Part shown: positions 10,220-18,649 of the stretch, one piece after another
Layout: the number at the start of each line of letters is the position of its first letter
Position numbering within the stretch: the first letter of the stretch is position 1
Virus record (IMG/VR): IMGVR_UViG_3300044675_007236
DNA length: 64,000 nt
Reading direction: 5' to 3' (one strand)
Source: a virus
Lineage: Duplodnaviria > Caudoviricetes
Notes under the pieces: generated by a model
Databases searched by the model: none
Told to the model about the DNA's origin: nothing
The model's input: only the letters and a program-made list of their open reading frames with translations
Program-made: the position numbers and the translations under genes

Positions 10220-10989
10220 TGTAATGATAACGCAAATGCTCTACTGGTCGATTCCAACCGTCAGTAAAGGCATCTACGAGATCGTCGTGTAACATAGCCT
10301 GAAAGTCGTCTAAACTAGAGCGAAAGCGACCAACAACGTCTTGGTCGAAAAGTTCACAAAAATCGTTCTCTCTAACAACTTGGCCAAAAGACATTTCTTT
10401 ACTTTTTAGTTTCTCAGCAACATCGTCTGGTAGAGATAAACCAATTGCACAGCGTCGTCCACACGGCGTTAAATACCAGCAACGACCGTCACGGAATGCT
10501 GGATTTTTTTTCTCTATAACAAAAGCCTGCCACGCTTTGTCAAATATCGATTGCAAAGTAATCTTTTCAATCATTTTATTCTCCTGGAATTGTAAGTCCA
10601 TACGCTACAGCTACGTCTTTGTATCTTTCTTTAAGCTCGTATGTCGAATATTTCCAAACGCCTTTTTCTTGTAATTCATCGTGCAATTTACTTTGAAAAT
10701 TAGTCAGTAAATCTTCAGCCAGAGTTGTAACACTATCATCGAAAATATATCGATAATGTTCGTATTTGTGTGCAAGACAGCCGAAACTCACCATTTTACC
10801 CGCTAAAGCTGTGACAACTGAATCCGGCAAAGCTAAGCCTACGGCACAACGCCGCCCATCTTCGGTCGAGTAGCGACAAATATATCTGCCTTCGTCCGCG
10901 TCAAATTCAGCCGCAGGGGGCCTGTCTTCAACAATAAAAGCCTGCCATGCTTTGTCAAATATCATTTGTAGCGTAATCTTTTCGTCCAA
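10143..10989 (-). CDS. tandem paralog pair (10143..10601, 10576..10989)
   Basis: Both begin EKITLQ.IFDKAWQAF..E...PA and share C.Y.T..GRRCA.GL.LPD and FQ..LHD.L. Confidence 0.85.
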
Positions 10990-11147
10990 CGTAAGCCTCC
11001 TGCGGCCTCAAAGCCGCGTATCAATTAAAAGAAACAGGGTAGGGTTGTCGTCGGCTCTCAGTATCTCAAGATGCCGATAACGAATTCTAACTGCAATTCG
11101 ACGGATTTTCATCGTCGTAGCTGTGTCGAAAAACGCTATAAACCTTT

Positions 11148-11531
11148 CTACCACTCGTAGACATCCAAAGACACACAAACATTGGCGTCACAATCAAACC
11201 AAACGTAATCAAATTCAAGTTGCTTGGCTGCCCACAGTATCTTAGAAACATGCGGGTGACATTCTTCAAGCTCTGAATCACTAACACTGAACAGAAAGCC
11301 GTAATTGTTTTCCATGGTGCACTTACCGGCACACCACTGAGCAGCTTCCGAAGTGAGATGAGCTGTACTTAGCTCCAAAACTCGAGGGGTATCTAACCCC
11401 TCGAGATCGATTTTAACGTCAGACAATCGGTACTCACGATCTGGCACCCGGTAAAACGCTGTAAACATCATTGATAACAGGGTGCCGCATGTTATCCGAG
11501 AAGTTGAAATACTGTATACCAACAGAATCAA
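11148..11531 (-). CDS. conserved phage hypothetical (LSTAH...GY..FD.D family); true start probably near 11470
   Basis: LELSTAHL ... YGFLF ... YVWFDCDA pattern. Confidence 0.6.
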   Translation of the reverse strand: MILLVYSISTSRITCGTLLSMMFTAFYRVPDREYRLSDVKIDLEGLDTPRVLELSTAHLTSEAAQWCAGKCTMENNYGFLFSVSDSELEECHPHVSKILWAAKQLEFDYVWFDCDANVCVSLDVYEW

Positions 11532-11661
11532 GCTGGCTTACACAATCTAGAAAGAGCGGAAACTCGCCTGTTCTTCGCGTGTCCTGCGTAGGGTCACCAC
11601 ACAGAATCATTTTAGAAGTTTTACCCAATCGCGAAAAGCCTGCGTTTGTTGCCGGTTTAAA
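11434..11661 (-). pseudogene. phoH: PhoH C-terminal remnant
   Basis: FSRLGKTSKMILCGDPTQD ... FNFSDNMRHPVI matches the PhoH TRxGxxSKxIxxGDxxQ ... F...D.VRHP pattern; an in-frame TAG directly upstream removes the Walker A/B region. Confidence 0.7.
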
Positions 11662-11664
11662 CAG

Positions 11665-11892
11665 CTAGTAGTCGTAACGGTTTAACTTAAGCCTGTAAAA
11701 GGTTCTTGCTCCCCAGTTTTGTAAATTATCAGGCTTGTTGCTTCGACAAGTATTACAACTGTCGTAAAATTCGTTAGGCTTTTGGCTGGTTTTTCTAAAA
11801 CTGGCCAAGAGCACCTCGCGATTACAAGTATTGCATTTTTTTGTTTCAGCGTCGTTTGCAAAGGTAGACGAGCTATCTTTTGTTTCTAGCAT
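11665..11892 (-). CDS. zinc-finger peptide resembling the N-terminus of phage HNH/endonuclease proteins (possibly truncated)
   Basis: KKCNTCNREVLLASFRK....FYDSCNTC; no nuclease motif follows. Confidence 0.5.
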   Translation of the reverse strand: MLETKDSSSTFANDAETKKCNTCNREVLLASFRKTSQKPNEFYDSCNTCRSNKPDNLQNWGARTFYRLKLNRYDY

Positions 11893-12104
11893 GCTTCAGC
11901 TTCTTTCTGCATATCAAAAAACATACCTTCAACAGCTGCACCTAAAAACCAAGGGTCTTCCAGGTTTGCTTTTGAGGGTAACAAGACGCGAGCATTTCGC
12001 TTGCCGTCGCTGTTAACCCAATAAACTCTCAATGAAACCCCTAGCTTGTCTTTCACAAGTTCTACTTTAGAATTTCTAGGTAGGTTTGACAGAATAAATG
12101 ACAT
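11886..12104 (-). CDS. hypothetical protein
   Basis: 72-aa ORF coupled to its neighbours. Confidence 0.6.
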   Translation of the reverse strand: MSFILSNLPRNSKVELVKDKLGVSLRVYWVNSDGKRNARVLLPSKANLEDPWFLGAAVEGMFFDMQKEAEAC

Positions 12105-12115
12105 GCTGTGCTTTC

Positions 12116-12475
12116 TTAGACTTCAACCAATTTGCAACGTGATTCCCATGCGTAGTACTGAGCTGAAATAGCTGCAGGCGTGCGTTTAAATCGCGTTGAA
12201 AGCTCCCTGGCCGTAGTCTGCGTAAATCTAATTTGCCGCATAAACATTCGCTTGAATTCTTTGTAAAGCAAACGCTTTTCAACTACCGTCCAATGTAGGT
12301 TAGACTTAGGTGGATTCCTTCTTGCCGCACGCTTGTCAGAGCTAGCAACCAGTACATCGCCAGACTCCAAACTTACTTTAAGTATGGCGTAGATCAGTCT
12401 TTTTGTTTCCAAATCAGAATCAAGCACAGGTGCCGCGATACGTTCAAACTTCTTACTGTGTAACTTCTTAAGCAT
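12116..12475 (-). CDS. Myb/SANT-like helix-turn-helix protein
   Basis: HWTVVEKRLL ... ARELSTRFKRTPAAISAQY; start reassigned to ATG 12475, downstream of the terminator and GGAG. Confidence 0.5.
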   Translation of the reverse strand: MLKKLHSKKFERIAAPVLDSDLETKRLIYAILKVSLESGDVLVASSDKRAARRNPPKSNLHWTVVEKRLLYKEFKRMFMRQIRFTQTTARELSTRFKRTPAAISAQYYAWESRCKLVEV

Positions 12476-12487
12476 GTTTAACTCCAT

Positions 12488-12510
12488 AAAAAAAGACACC
12501 TTTCGGTGTC
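12488..12510 (-). terminator. intrinsic terminator abutting the next RBS
   Basis: GACACC-GAAA-GGTGTC followed by T7, then ATGGAG. Confidence 0.85.
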
Positions 12511-12535
12511 TAAATTGAAACAAATGTTGATAAGC

Positions 12536-13468
12536 CTATTGGCTACGTTTGAAGCAAAAGTTAGCGTACTTCTGCTCTCGACTGATGCATACAGGTCTGT
12601 AACAGACTACAGAAAACTCGTCAGTTTCTATTGTCATGTTGTGAGTGTTGCCGAGTTTTGTAAAATTATCCTGTAGGCTGCGGAGAGCCGACGCATCTTT
12701 CTCGGAAGCAGTTGTAGCCGCTGCGAATTCCAAGCAGAAGTAGTTAGGTAAAGCATCACCCTGTATCTGCAAAAACACTAAATCTGCTTTTAAGCTGAAC
12801 TCTTCAACTTCGCCAGTGTTGAAATAGATTGTGACTTTTTCAGGTCTCTCGACTGACCTAAACCTGATAGGCCAGAAGTCATACGTGGGTTTTACTTTTT
12901 TGATTGGGGCTACCGCGACTTTTTTCTCAACCTGAATTGGCTCTGTTATCATAACCTTCCTTAGCCTACTTGCTTGACCTTCCCATTGTTATATTAGACT
13001 GTAAGCGTATCTCTTTGTTGTTAAACGTCCAGCATTCGCCGGTTTCGTCTACAAAAACTACCCACAGAAGATCGTGTTCTTGCGAGTAGTCTATAACAAA
13101 ATGAGCAAAACCTTTACCCTTAGGCGTATCCAGCGGTAGGGGCGTGTGCAGCTGGCGTATCATTGTCGGTTTATTGAAACGCTGCTATCTGGATTTGCCA
13201 TAGCCCCGTCACCGTAACTTCCACCAACACGGTCTGGAAAAACTTGAACTTGCTCAAAGTTAGTGAGTTTAATTCCGACGTTGTCCGGTATGGTAAAAAT
13301 CTCTGCGGGACGATGCAGTTTCAAATAATTTCTTGCAAACTCTAGAAATTTCAAGACGTCACTAGAAAGAGGCTGTGAATAGGCATTCGCCAACGCAGCC
13401 AGCAAATCTTTGGGGTTTTGGCCGGGAGCAGGTGAAGTCAAAAATGAACCGGTAGAATTTTCCGCCAA
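12536..13468 (-). CDS. three hypothetical ORFs (12536..12952, 12966..13163 conserved TPKG.G.AH..IDY family, 13160..13468)
   Basis: The middle ORF matches a widespread small phage protein pattern QL..P.P..TPKG.G.AH..IDY..E..L.WV.F.D..GECWT. Confidence 0.65.
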
Positions 13469-13522
13469 GGTGGGGGTACCTCCAAACGCTGTAGTAAAAT
13501 TGACGATCGACTCTGAAAAAAA

Positions 13523-14098
13523 TTAAAAATCAACTGTAGCAACTGTTTTTTCCAACTTTGACAGTTCCTTTACGTCCAGTTCTAACACGGTATCGAAAGA
13601 TTTCAAGCGTTCTTCTGCCCTGTTAAGTGCAATATCTCTTATTTTTATTTCGATATCCGAAGGAATCAGATTGCAAGCATCTCTAATTGCTTTAACATCC
13701 TCGTCGTACGACGCTCTAACAAAAACTACGTTGTTAGAAAAAGGGCGAAACAAATCTAGATAAGGTGCTATCAAAACGTCTACAAACGCAATCGGATGAA
13801 ACTTTGAGAACTCAGCCACAAACGCACGTAAGCGTTGCACGACATCCCGTGAGTAATACTGGATAAACTGCACAGGGTACGCCGTTTCGCCGGAGAATAT
13901 CGAACCAAGAAGCGCTATAAGTTCTTTGTTCCTACAAGTTTCAACAAAAAAATCGTGTTCTATTCTGTTTTTGGTGTAAAGCTGTTTATCGTGTAGAAAC
14001 CGGTAGCCCGCTCTACGCAAAATAGGTATAGCTTGGCTCAGGTCTGCACCCGGAGTTCCTGTAACTATCAAATTCTGCCCGCTAAAAGTTGTTTCCAT
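13523..14098 (-). CDS. hypothetical protein with a degenerate P-loop/sulfotransferase-like N-terminus
   Basis: LIVTGTPGADLS.....L...G; coupled to the glycosyltransferase gene. Confidence 0.3.
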   Translation of the reverse strand: METTFSGQNLIVTGTPGADLSQAIPILRRAGYRFLHDKQLYTKNRIEHDFFVETCRNKELIALLGSIFSGETAYPVQFIQYYSRDVVQRLRAFVAEFSKFHPIAFVDVLIAPYLDLFRPFSNNVVFVRASYDEDVKAIRDACNLIPSDIEIKIRDIALNRAEERLKSFDTVLELDVKELSKLEKTVATVDF

Positions 14099-15198
14099 TA
14101 CGAGAGCTCCTGTGATAAAAACCTGGCAAATTCTTGTGCTTGCTTTTTGTGGTTGCTATAAGCGTTTTTCTGCAGCCCTTTCAAGCCAAGATCGTTCATG
14201 TTGATTGCTTGCGACAATGTCGTAGCCAAATCTTTAAAACAAACGATGCCCCTAGGATTGAACGTGTTAGAGACTACAGTGGGTACGAGCATCCCGGATA
14301 AACCACCAGATATGTAAGACCTTGCTGGTGGTATGTCGTGACATATAAGCGGTGTCCCACTCACCGCTAAATGCGGAATTAAGGCTCCGTGCTTAAATGA
14401 AGCACAGGCCAAATAAACCCAATCATGTAAGTAAGCCATCGCATGATACTGACTATACGGCATCACACCGGCAAGCACAACGCGATCCTTGAAGGAAAGT
14501 TTCAGCTGATTTAAACGGCTTTTGTGTACCTTAGGTAATGATTTTTCAAGCAAAAAGGTAACTTTAAGCGTTTCGTGTTTTTTAAGTAGGGCTTCGAAAG
14601 TGGAAATCAACTCGTTACCAATATCCTGCGAAAAGTCTGATCCTAGAAGCACCAGCATTTTCACCTTGTCCTTATCGACTTTTCCTTGCTTCGGTACAAG
14701 TAGCTTATCCGCCGAACAAAGCGTTGACCAATTTCGATCAACTTCGAAATCTTTACACTCTGAGCTCAACCACAGAGCAGAATCTCGATTAAGACAAATA
14801 GCTTTAGAGTTAAGCAGCAATTCTCCAAACAGCACTTCCTTACTACACCAGCCTGGAAAATACACGTGGTTAAGAGTACTGGTTTTACCTAGATTTTCAA
14901 TGTGCGAATCCAGTTCGCTGGCTCTTTCGGTGTTCTCACCTACGGATTTTGCCGTAAGAAAAGTAAGCCTGTCTGGATAAAACCAAAACGCGTGCGTTAG
15001 ATTTTCGTAAAGCTTAAGGCTTTTGTTGCTGTCTCTAATAACACGGTCATCCCAATAGCAGTCTACGTTCCGTGCTACTGGCCCGTTAGATATGACTTTA
15101 ACTGAATTGCCCAATCTAAGCATCCAATTTGCAAGCATAACAGCCGCAAGCGTCGTGTCGTTATGCTTGTAATCTACGTAGATACCTACTTTTAGCAT
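14098..15198 (-). CDS. GT-B fold glycosyltransferase (GT4-like)
   Basis: C-terminal LAGVMPYSQY..M....DWV.LA...FKHGALIPHLAVSGTPLICHDIP resembles the GT4 E.FG....EA...G.PVI..D region, with the Glu residues absent. Confidence 0.6.
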   Translation of the reverse strand: MLKVGIYVDYKHNDTTLAAVMLANWMLRLGNSVKVISNGPVARNVDCYWDDRVIRDSNKSLKLYENLTHAFWFYPDRLTFLTAKSVGENTERASELDSHIENLGKTSTLNHVYFPGWCSKEVLFGELLLNSKAICLNRDSALWLSSECKDFEVDRNWSTLCSADKLLVPKQGKVDKDKVKMLVLLGSDFSQDIGNELISTFEALLKKHETLKVTFLLEKSLPKVHKSRLNQLKLSFKDRVVLAGVMPYSQYHAMAYLHDWVYLACASFKHGALIPHLAVSGTPLICHDIPPARSYISGGLSGMLVPTVVSNTFNPRGIVCFKDLATTLSQAINMNDLGLKGLQKNAYSNHKKQAQEFARFLSQELS

Positions 15199-15207
15199 GT
15201 TTGTTGT

Positions 15208-15915
15208 CTAGCTACCGTGTGATATAAAACAAAAAAACGGCGAGTTTGCTCGGCAACCTGGAATGTGACCGTAAGGTATCTTTGTTTTCCAAGCAACGTA
15301 GTTAAAGCTAAGTTGATCTCTTAAGCTATGGTTGTCAAGCTCGTACCACCAATACTGGTCAAACTTTAAACTGGCGTTTGTGTTTTTGCGTACAACACAA
15401 GCCGTCTCGACCAACCCATTAAACGCAGGATAGTCCATCTTACGGTAAAGCTCTATCTGTCTCTTCATCAGTTCGGGGTTATCTTTCTTTAGTCGCAAGC
15501 ACGCGTGAAGCTCTTGATAAATGCAACTTCTCTGCGGATGCTTGAAAGAAAAAATGTCAACATTACGTGTTTTGTATACCGTAGCCTCGAGCAAATCGGA
15601 CACAAACGTCTTAGCTGTTATTCGTTGCGACGCGTCCACCCAGATCGAAATATCTCCATGTTTAGTGATTATTCCAGGATGTAGTTTGTGCCAGCGAGCC
15701 GTTCGCGTTCTGCATAAAGAATGCTTCCAAGCTAGCGGTAAAACGTCCCACTCGACACCTTCGCTTGTTACAACCTTACCTCGGCCCGACGTCTGCTTAT
15801 CTGAGAAAACGACATATCTTACACCCGGTTCTGGTACATTAGCGGACGCAAAAAAAGTGCTGTCGAGCTTGTCGTAGCTGCCGGTTACACAGCTGTAAAC
15901 GACGACATTAGTCAT
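15208..15915 (-). CDS. DUF616/TOD1-MUCI70-like glycosyltransferase
   Basis: VVVYSCVTGSYD, ARWHKLHP, SIWVDAS, KHPQRSCIYQE, RDQLSFNYV.W. Confidence 0.8.
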   Translation of the reverse strand: MTNVVVYSCVTGSYDKLDSTFFASANVPEPGVRYVVFSDKQTSGRGKVVTSEGVEWDVLPLAWKHSLCRTRTARWHKLHPGIITKHGDISIWVDASQRITAKTFVSDLLEATVYKTRNVDIFSFKHPQRSCIYQELHACLRLKKDNPELMKRQIELYRKMDYPAFNGLVETACVVRKNTNASLKFDQYWWYELDNHSLRDQLSFNYVAWKTKIPYGHIPGCRANSPFFCFISHGS

Positions 15916-16702
15916 CTTGTCTGTACCATTGACCTTTCTTGTACTTGTCACCTCTAGTGACTGCACGGTAATGAAAAATAAAACTGCTAAGGCAGACTGC
16001 GGATTTCATGCCTAGCTTTTCCCACCGAGACTGCAGCTCGTCTTCGTTAAGCGTAGTATACGGCGTAGGATTCTTGACGCCAGCAGCTGTAAAAAAATTA
16101 GCGGGGCGGTAAAAGTGTTTTGCATCATACCTTCCCGCGATCCAGGCTCGCATAGCCGCGAACTGAAAAAAACCATTTACCTTACTGATTGTGTAATGCC
16201 CCTTGTACCGCTTTAGAAGCTCTAGCGAGTAGTTGTCAAGTAAGACGGGATCATCTGTAAGCGTATAGTCACCGATGAACTTTGAAATCTCTTGCTGACC
16301 TTTAGCTGTGACACCGGGAGCGTTTGAAAGCGGACCTACCATTGCAAAAGCAACTTCAGCAAGCTGCACTAAACCTTCATACCAACGCACTGGAAAAACT
16401 ACATCGTTGTTACCTGCAATTGCATAGTCAACCTGTTGGTCAGCACAGATTTCAAGCCCGCGGTTCCAGCTTCTTGTTAGCCCTAGCGGTTGCTTAAAGT
16501 GCTCAACAACAATTCTTGCCGGATCTGGCGATAGCTCTTTGAGCTTTCGAGTGTAAGCAGAAGAAAAACCTACAGAACCATCGTCAACAACGACCACAAT
16601 TCCATTCGGCGTTGTCTTTAAAAACGTAATTATCGCCTTTGCCGTGTAACTGTGGAGATCAAGTGCTTTATGTGTAGGGCAAACAAAGCCGATTTGCATC
16701 AC
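15908..16702 (-). CDS. GT2-like (GT-A) glycosyltransferase
   Basis: VVVVDDGS, GLTRSWNRGL, IAGNNDVVF, MVGPLSNAPG, SFIFHYRAVT. Confidence 0.8.
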   Translation of the reverse strand: MMQIGFVCPTHKALDLHSYTAKAIITFLKTTPNGIVVVVDDGSVGFSSAYTRKLKELSPDPARIVVEHFKQPLGLTRSWNRGLEICADQQVDYAIAGNNDVVFPVRWYEGLVQLAEVAFAMVGPLSNAPGVTAKGQQEISKFIGDYTLTDDPVLLDNYSLELLKRYKGHYTISKVNGFFQFAAMRAWIAGRYDAKHFYRPANFFTAAGVKNPTPYTTLNEDELQSRWEKLGMKSAVCLSSFIFHYRAVTRGDKYKKGQWYRQDD

Positions 16703-18627
16703 ATTTGTCCTTGCGACATTTGTTGTTGAAGCATAGCTCCTCCTTGATTTTTAAGCTGCTGCCTCTGCTCGTCCATTTTGGCTCTCACTCGACTGTGTAA
16801 TATAGGATTGAACTGTTTAAGCTTTCTAAGCTCCGAATCCTTTACACTCTCAGGTAGGCCCAGTAACTCCTGTGCAAGCTGCTCTGCCGCCGCTTCCAGA
16901 TCATTGGGCGTAACAGCCGTGTTTGGCCCCATACTTTGAACGTAGCTTGTGACAGGTGTCTGACCTGCACCCATAGCCGATTGAGCGTCGGGACCAACTG
17001 GATTACCACCTTGTTGCCCGCCAGCAGCAGCTCCGCCTTGCATTTGAGCTCCAGGTTGACCACCTTGCTGTGTGGCTGGATTCATACCCTTGGCAACTTC
17101 AGCAGCAAAACCAGCTTGCTCCATTTCTTCTTGCATCCTAGCTTGCAATTCCTGCTGCTTCCTAGCCTCGTCAGAAAGCCGTTTTTGCTCTGTTTCCCAA
17201 TCAAAACCAACAGCCGACAATCCAGATTGACCTGATAGCTGCTGTGCCATCATAAGCTGCAACGCAGCCATTTGTTTTTGCATGTCGTCTGCAATAGTTA
17301 CTGGTTTAAGTTTACATTCAACCTGCTGCCAGCTCATAATCCTAGAGACGGTTTCCATAATCCACTGCAAAAACTTATTAGCGTCATCGATAAGATTTCG
17401 ATGCTGACTTTCGAACAAACGAAGTCCTACTGGCGCAGCCTGAACACTAAGTGTGCCTTGATAGAGCTCTACAGGAACGCCGGATTCGTTTAGAAGAGAA
17501 TCGTAAGCCTGTGTAATCATGTCAGTCGGGGCTAATTGACTTGCTTCACCGCCCAGTATCTGGTACTTCACAGGAAACGGTAGCATCTGCCAACCCGCAG
17601 GGTCGCGTCTACGGCGGTTAATCATGTTTCGAATCTGAGATCTAAAGTCACCCATGTTATAGGAAGCCATGGGATCGTTCATAGCAAAACCACCGGCACC
17701 ACCGCCGCCACCAGCTTTTACTTCCGGCGTAATAAGCCGAAAAGGTATGATGTAGTCAAGTGCGATAGCTTCATTGTACCTGCGTAGCACCTGCAGGTTC
17801 CAAAGTTGTCTGTAGTTTATAAGACTTCTGGGCAAACCCCAACCCATAGCACGAATACCGGCCAGAGTTTGTTCTTTCATGTGGTAAATGGCGTCTGGAT
17901 GAAAGCGAAATAGCTTATCTTGACGAATAGCCTCCAGTACAGACTTAGGGGATCTCTCGAGATGATACAGATTACCCTCTTTAACCATTCGCTTGTAGTA
18001 CTCTGGAATACGCCACAAGTAAGCTGTCTCGTCTGTGTACGGATCGTGCAGAATTTCTATCTCATGCGGATTCCATCGCTTTAAGATAAGGTGTTCCGAC
18101 TCTTCCTTAGGTTTATCAACAACAGTCCAAGGTCCTCGCCAACCAGTTTCTGGACAAGTCGCAACAAAATTGAAAGAAGCATCAAATTGAAAGTTGAAAT
18201 TGTTGTAAACAACTTTCAGAGGATACATGTTTCCGGTCTTAGGACATTGCATATGTCGTCTGAAAGGAACAATCACACTTCCGAAAAAGTTACCGTAACA
18301 CGTCCTATCCCGCATCGCCATTGACATAAACGGCATTAAGCCAAGTTTATGCCCTAGATAGTCCTTGTACTTCTTTTTTTCATCGTCGCCTACGTCTTCT
18401 CCGCCGATTTCTATGTCGGTTAAAAAGTAAGCAACCAGCTTTTCCATGGCAGTACGATAAGTACCCATAATCTGCCAAATGTACTCAGACCACCACAGTG
18501 CCGACTTGATAGTCGTCGGCATCTGGGTTGTTGCAATGTCGTTGAAGGGATCTGCAAAACCATGCTCTCCGTGCGATACGCCTGCTCCGCGACTGAAGAA
18601 CGGAACGCTTGCGCTTTGGTATGTCAT
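16699..18627 (-). CDS. putative portal protein with Gln/Gly-rich C-terminal tail
   Basis: 642 aa; RD..CYGNFFGS motif reminiscent of portal D...GN; helical middle region and Q-rich tail. Confidence 0.55.
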   Translation of the reverse strand: MTYQSASVPFFSRGAGVSHGEHGFADPFNDIATTQMPTTIKSALWWSEYIWQIMGTYRTAMEKLVAYFLTDIEIGGEDVGDDEKKKYKDYLGHKLGLMPFMSMAMRDRTCYGNFFGSVIVPFRRHMQCPKTGNMYPLKVVYNNFNFQFDASFNFVATCPETGWRGPWTVVDKPKEESEHLILKRWNPHEIEILHDPYTDETAYLWRIPEYYKRMVKEGNLYHLERSPKSVLEAIRQDKLFRFHPDAIYHMKEQTLAGIRAMGWGLPRSLINYRQLWNLQVLRRYNEAIALDYIIPFRLITPEVKAGGGGGAGGFAMNDPMASYNMGDFRSQIRNMINRRRRDPAGWQMLPFPVKYQILGGEASQLAPTDMITQAYDSLLNESGVPVELYQGTLSVQAAPVGLRLFESQHRNLIDDANKFLQWIMETVSRIMSWQQVECKLKPVTIADDMQKQMAALQLMMAQQLSGQSGLSAVGFDWETEQKRLSDEARKQQELQARMQEEMEQAGFAAEVAKGMNPATQQGGQPGAQMQGGAAAGGQQGGNPVGPDAQSAMGAGQTPVTSYVQSMGPNTAVTPNDLEAAAEQLAQELLGLPESVKDSELRKLKQFNPILHSRVRAKMDEQRQQLKNQGGAMLQQQMSQGQM

Positions 18628-18649
18628 TGCAAATCCCTCTAAAAGCTAA

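Noticed and set aside
16699-17100. Q/G-rich and (DN)n low-complexity tracts (also 19625-19650)
   Set aside because: Ordinary coding low complexity without the strict periodicity seen in the GGY arrays.
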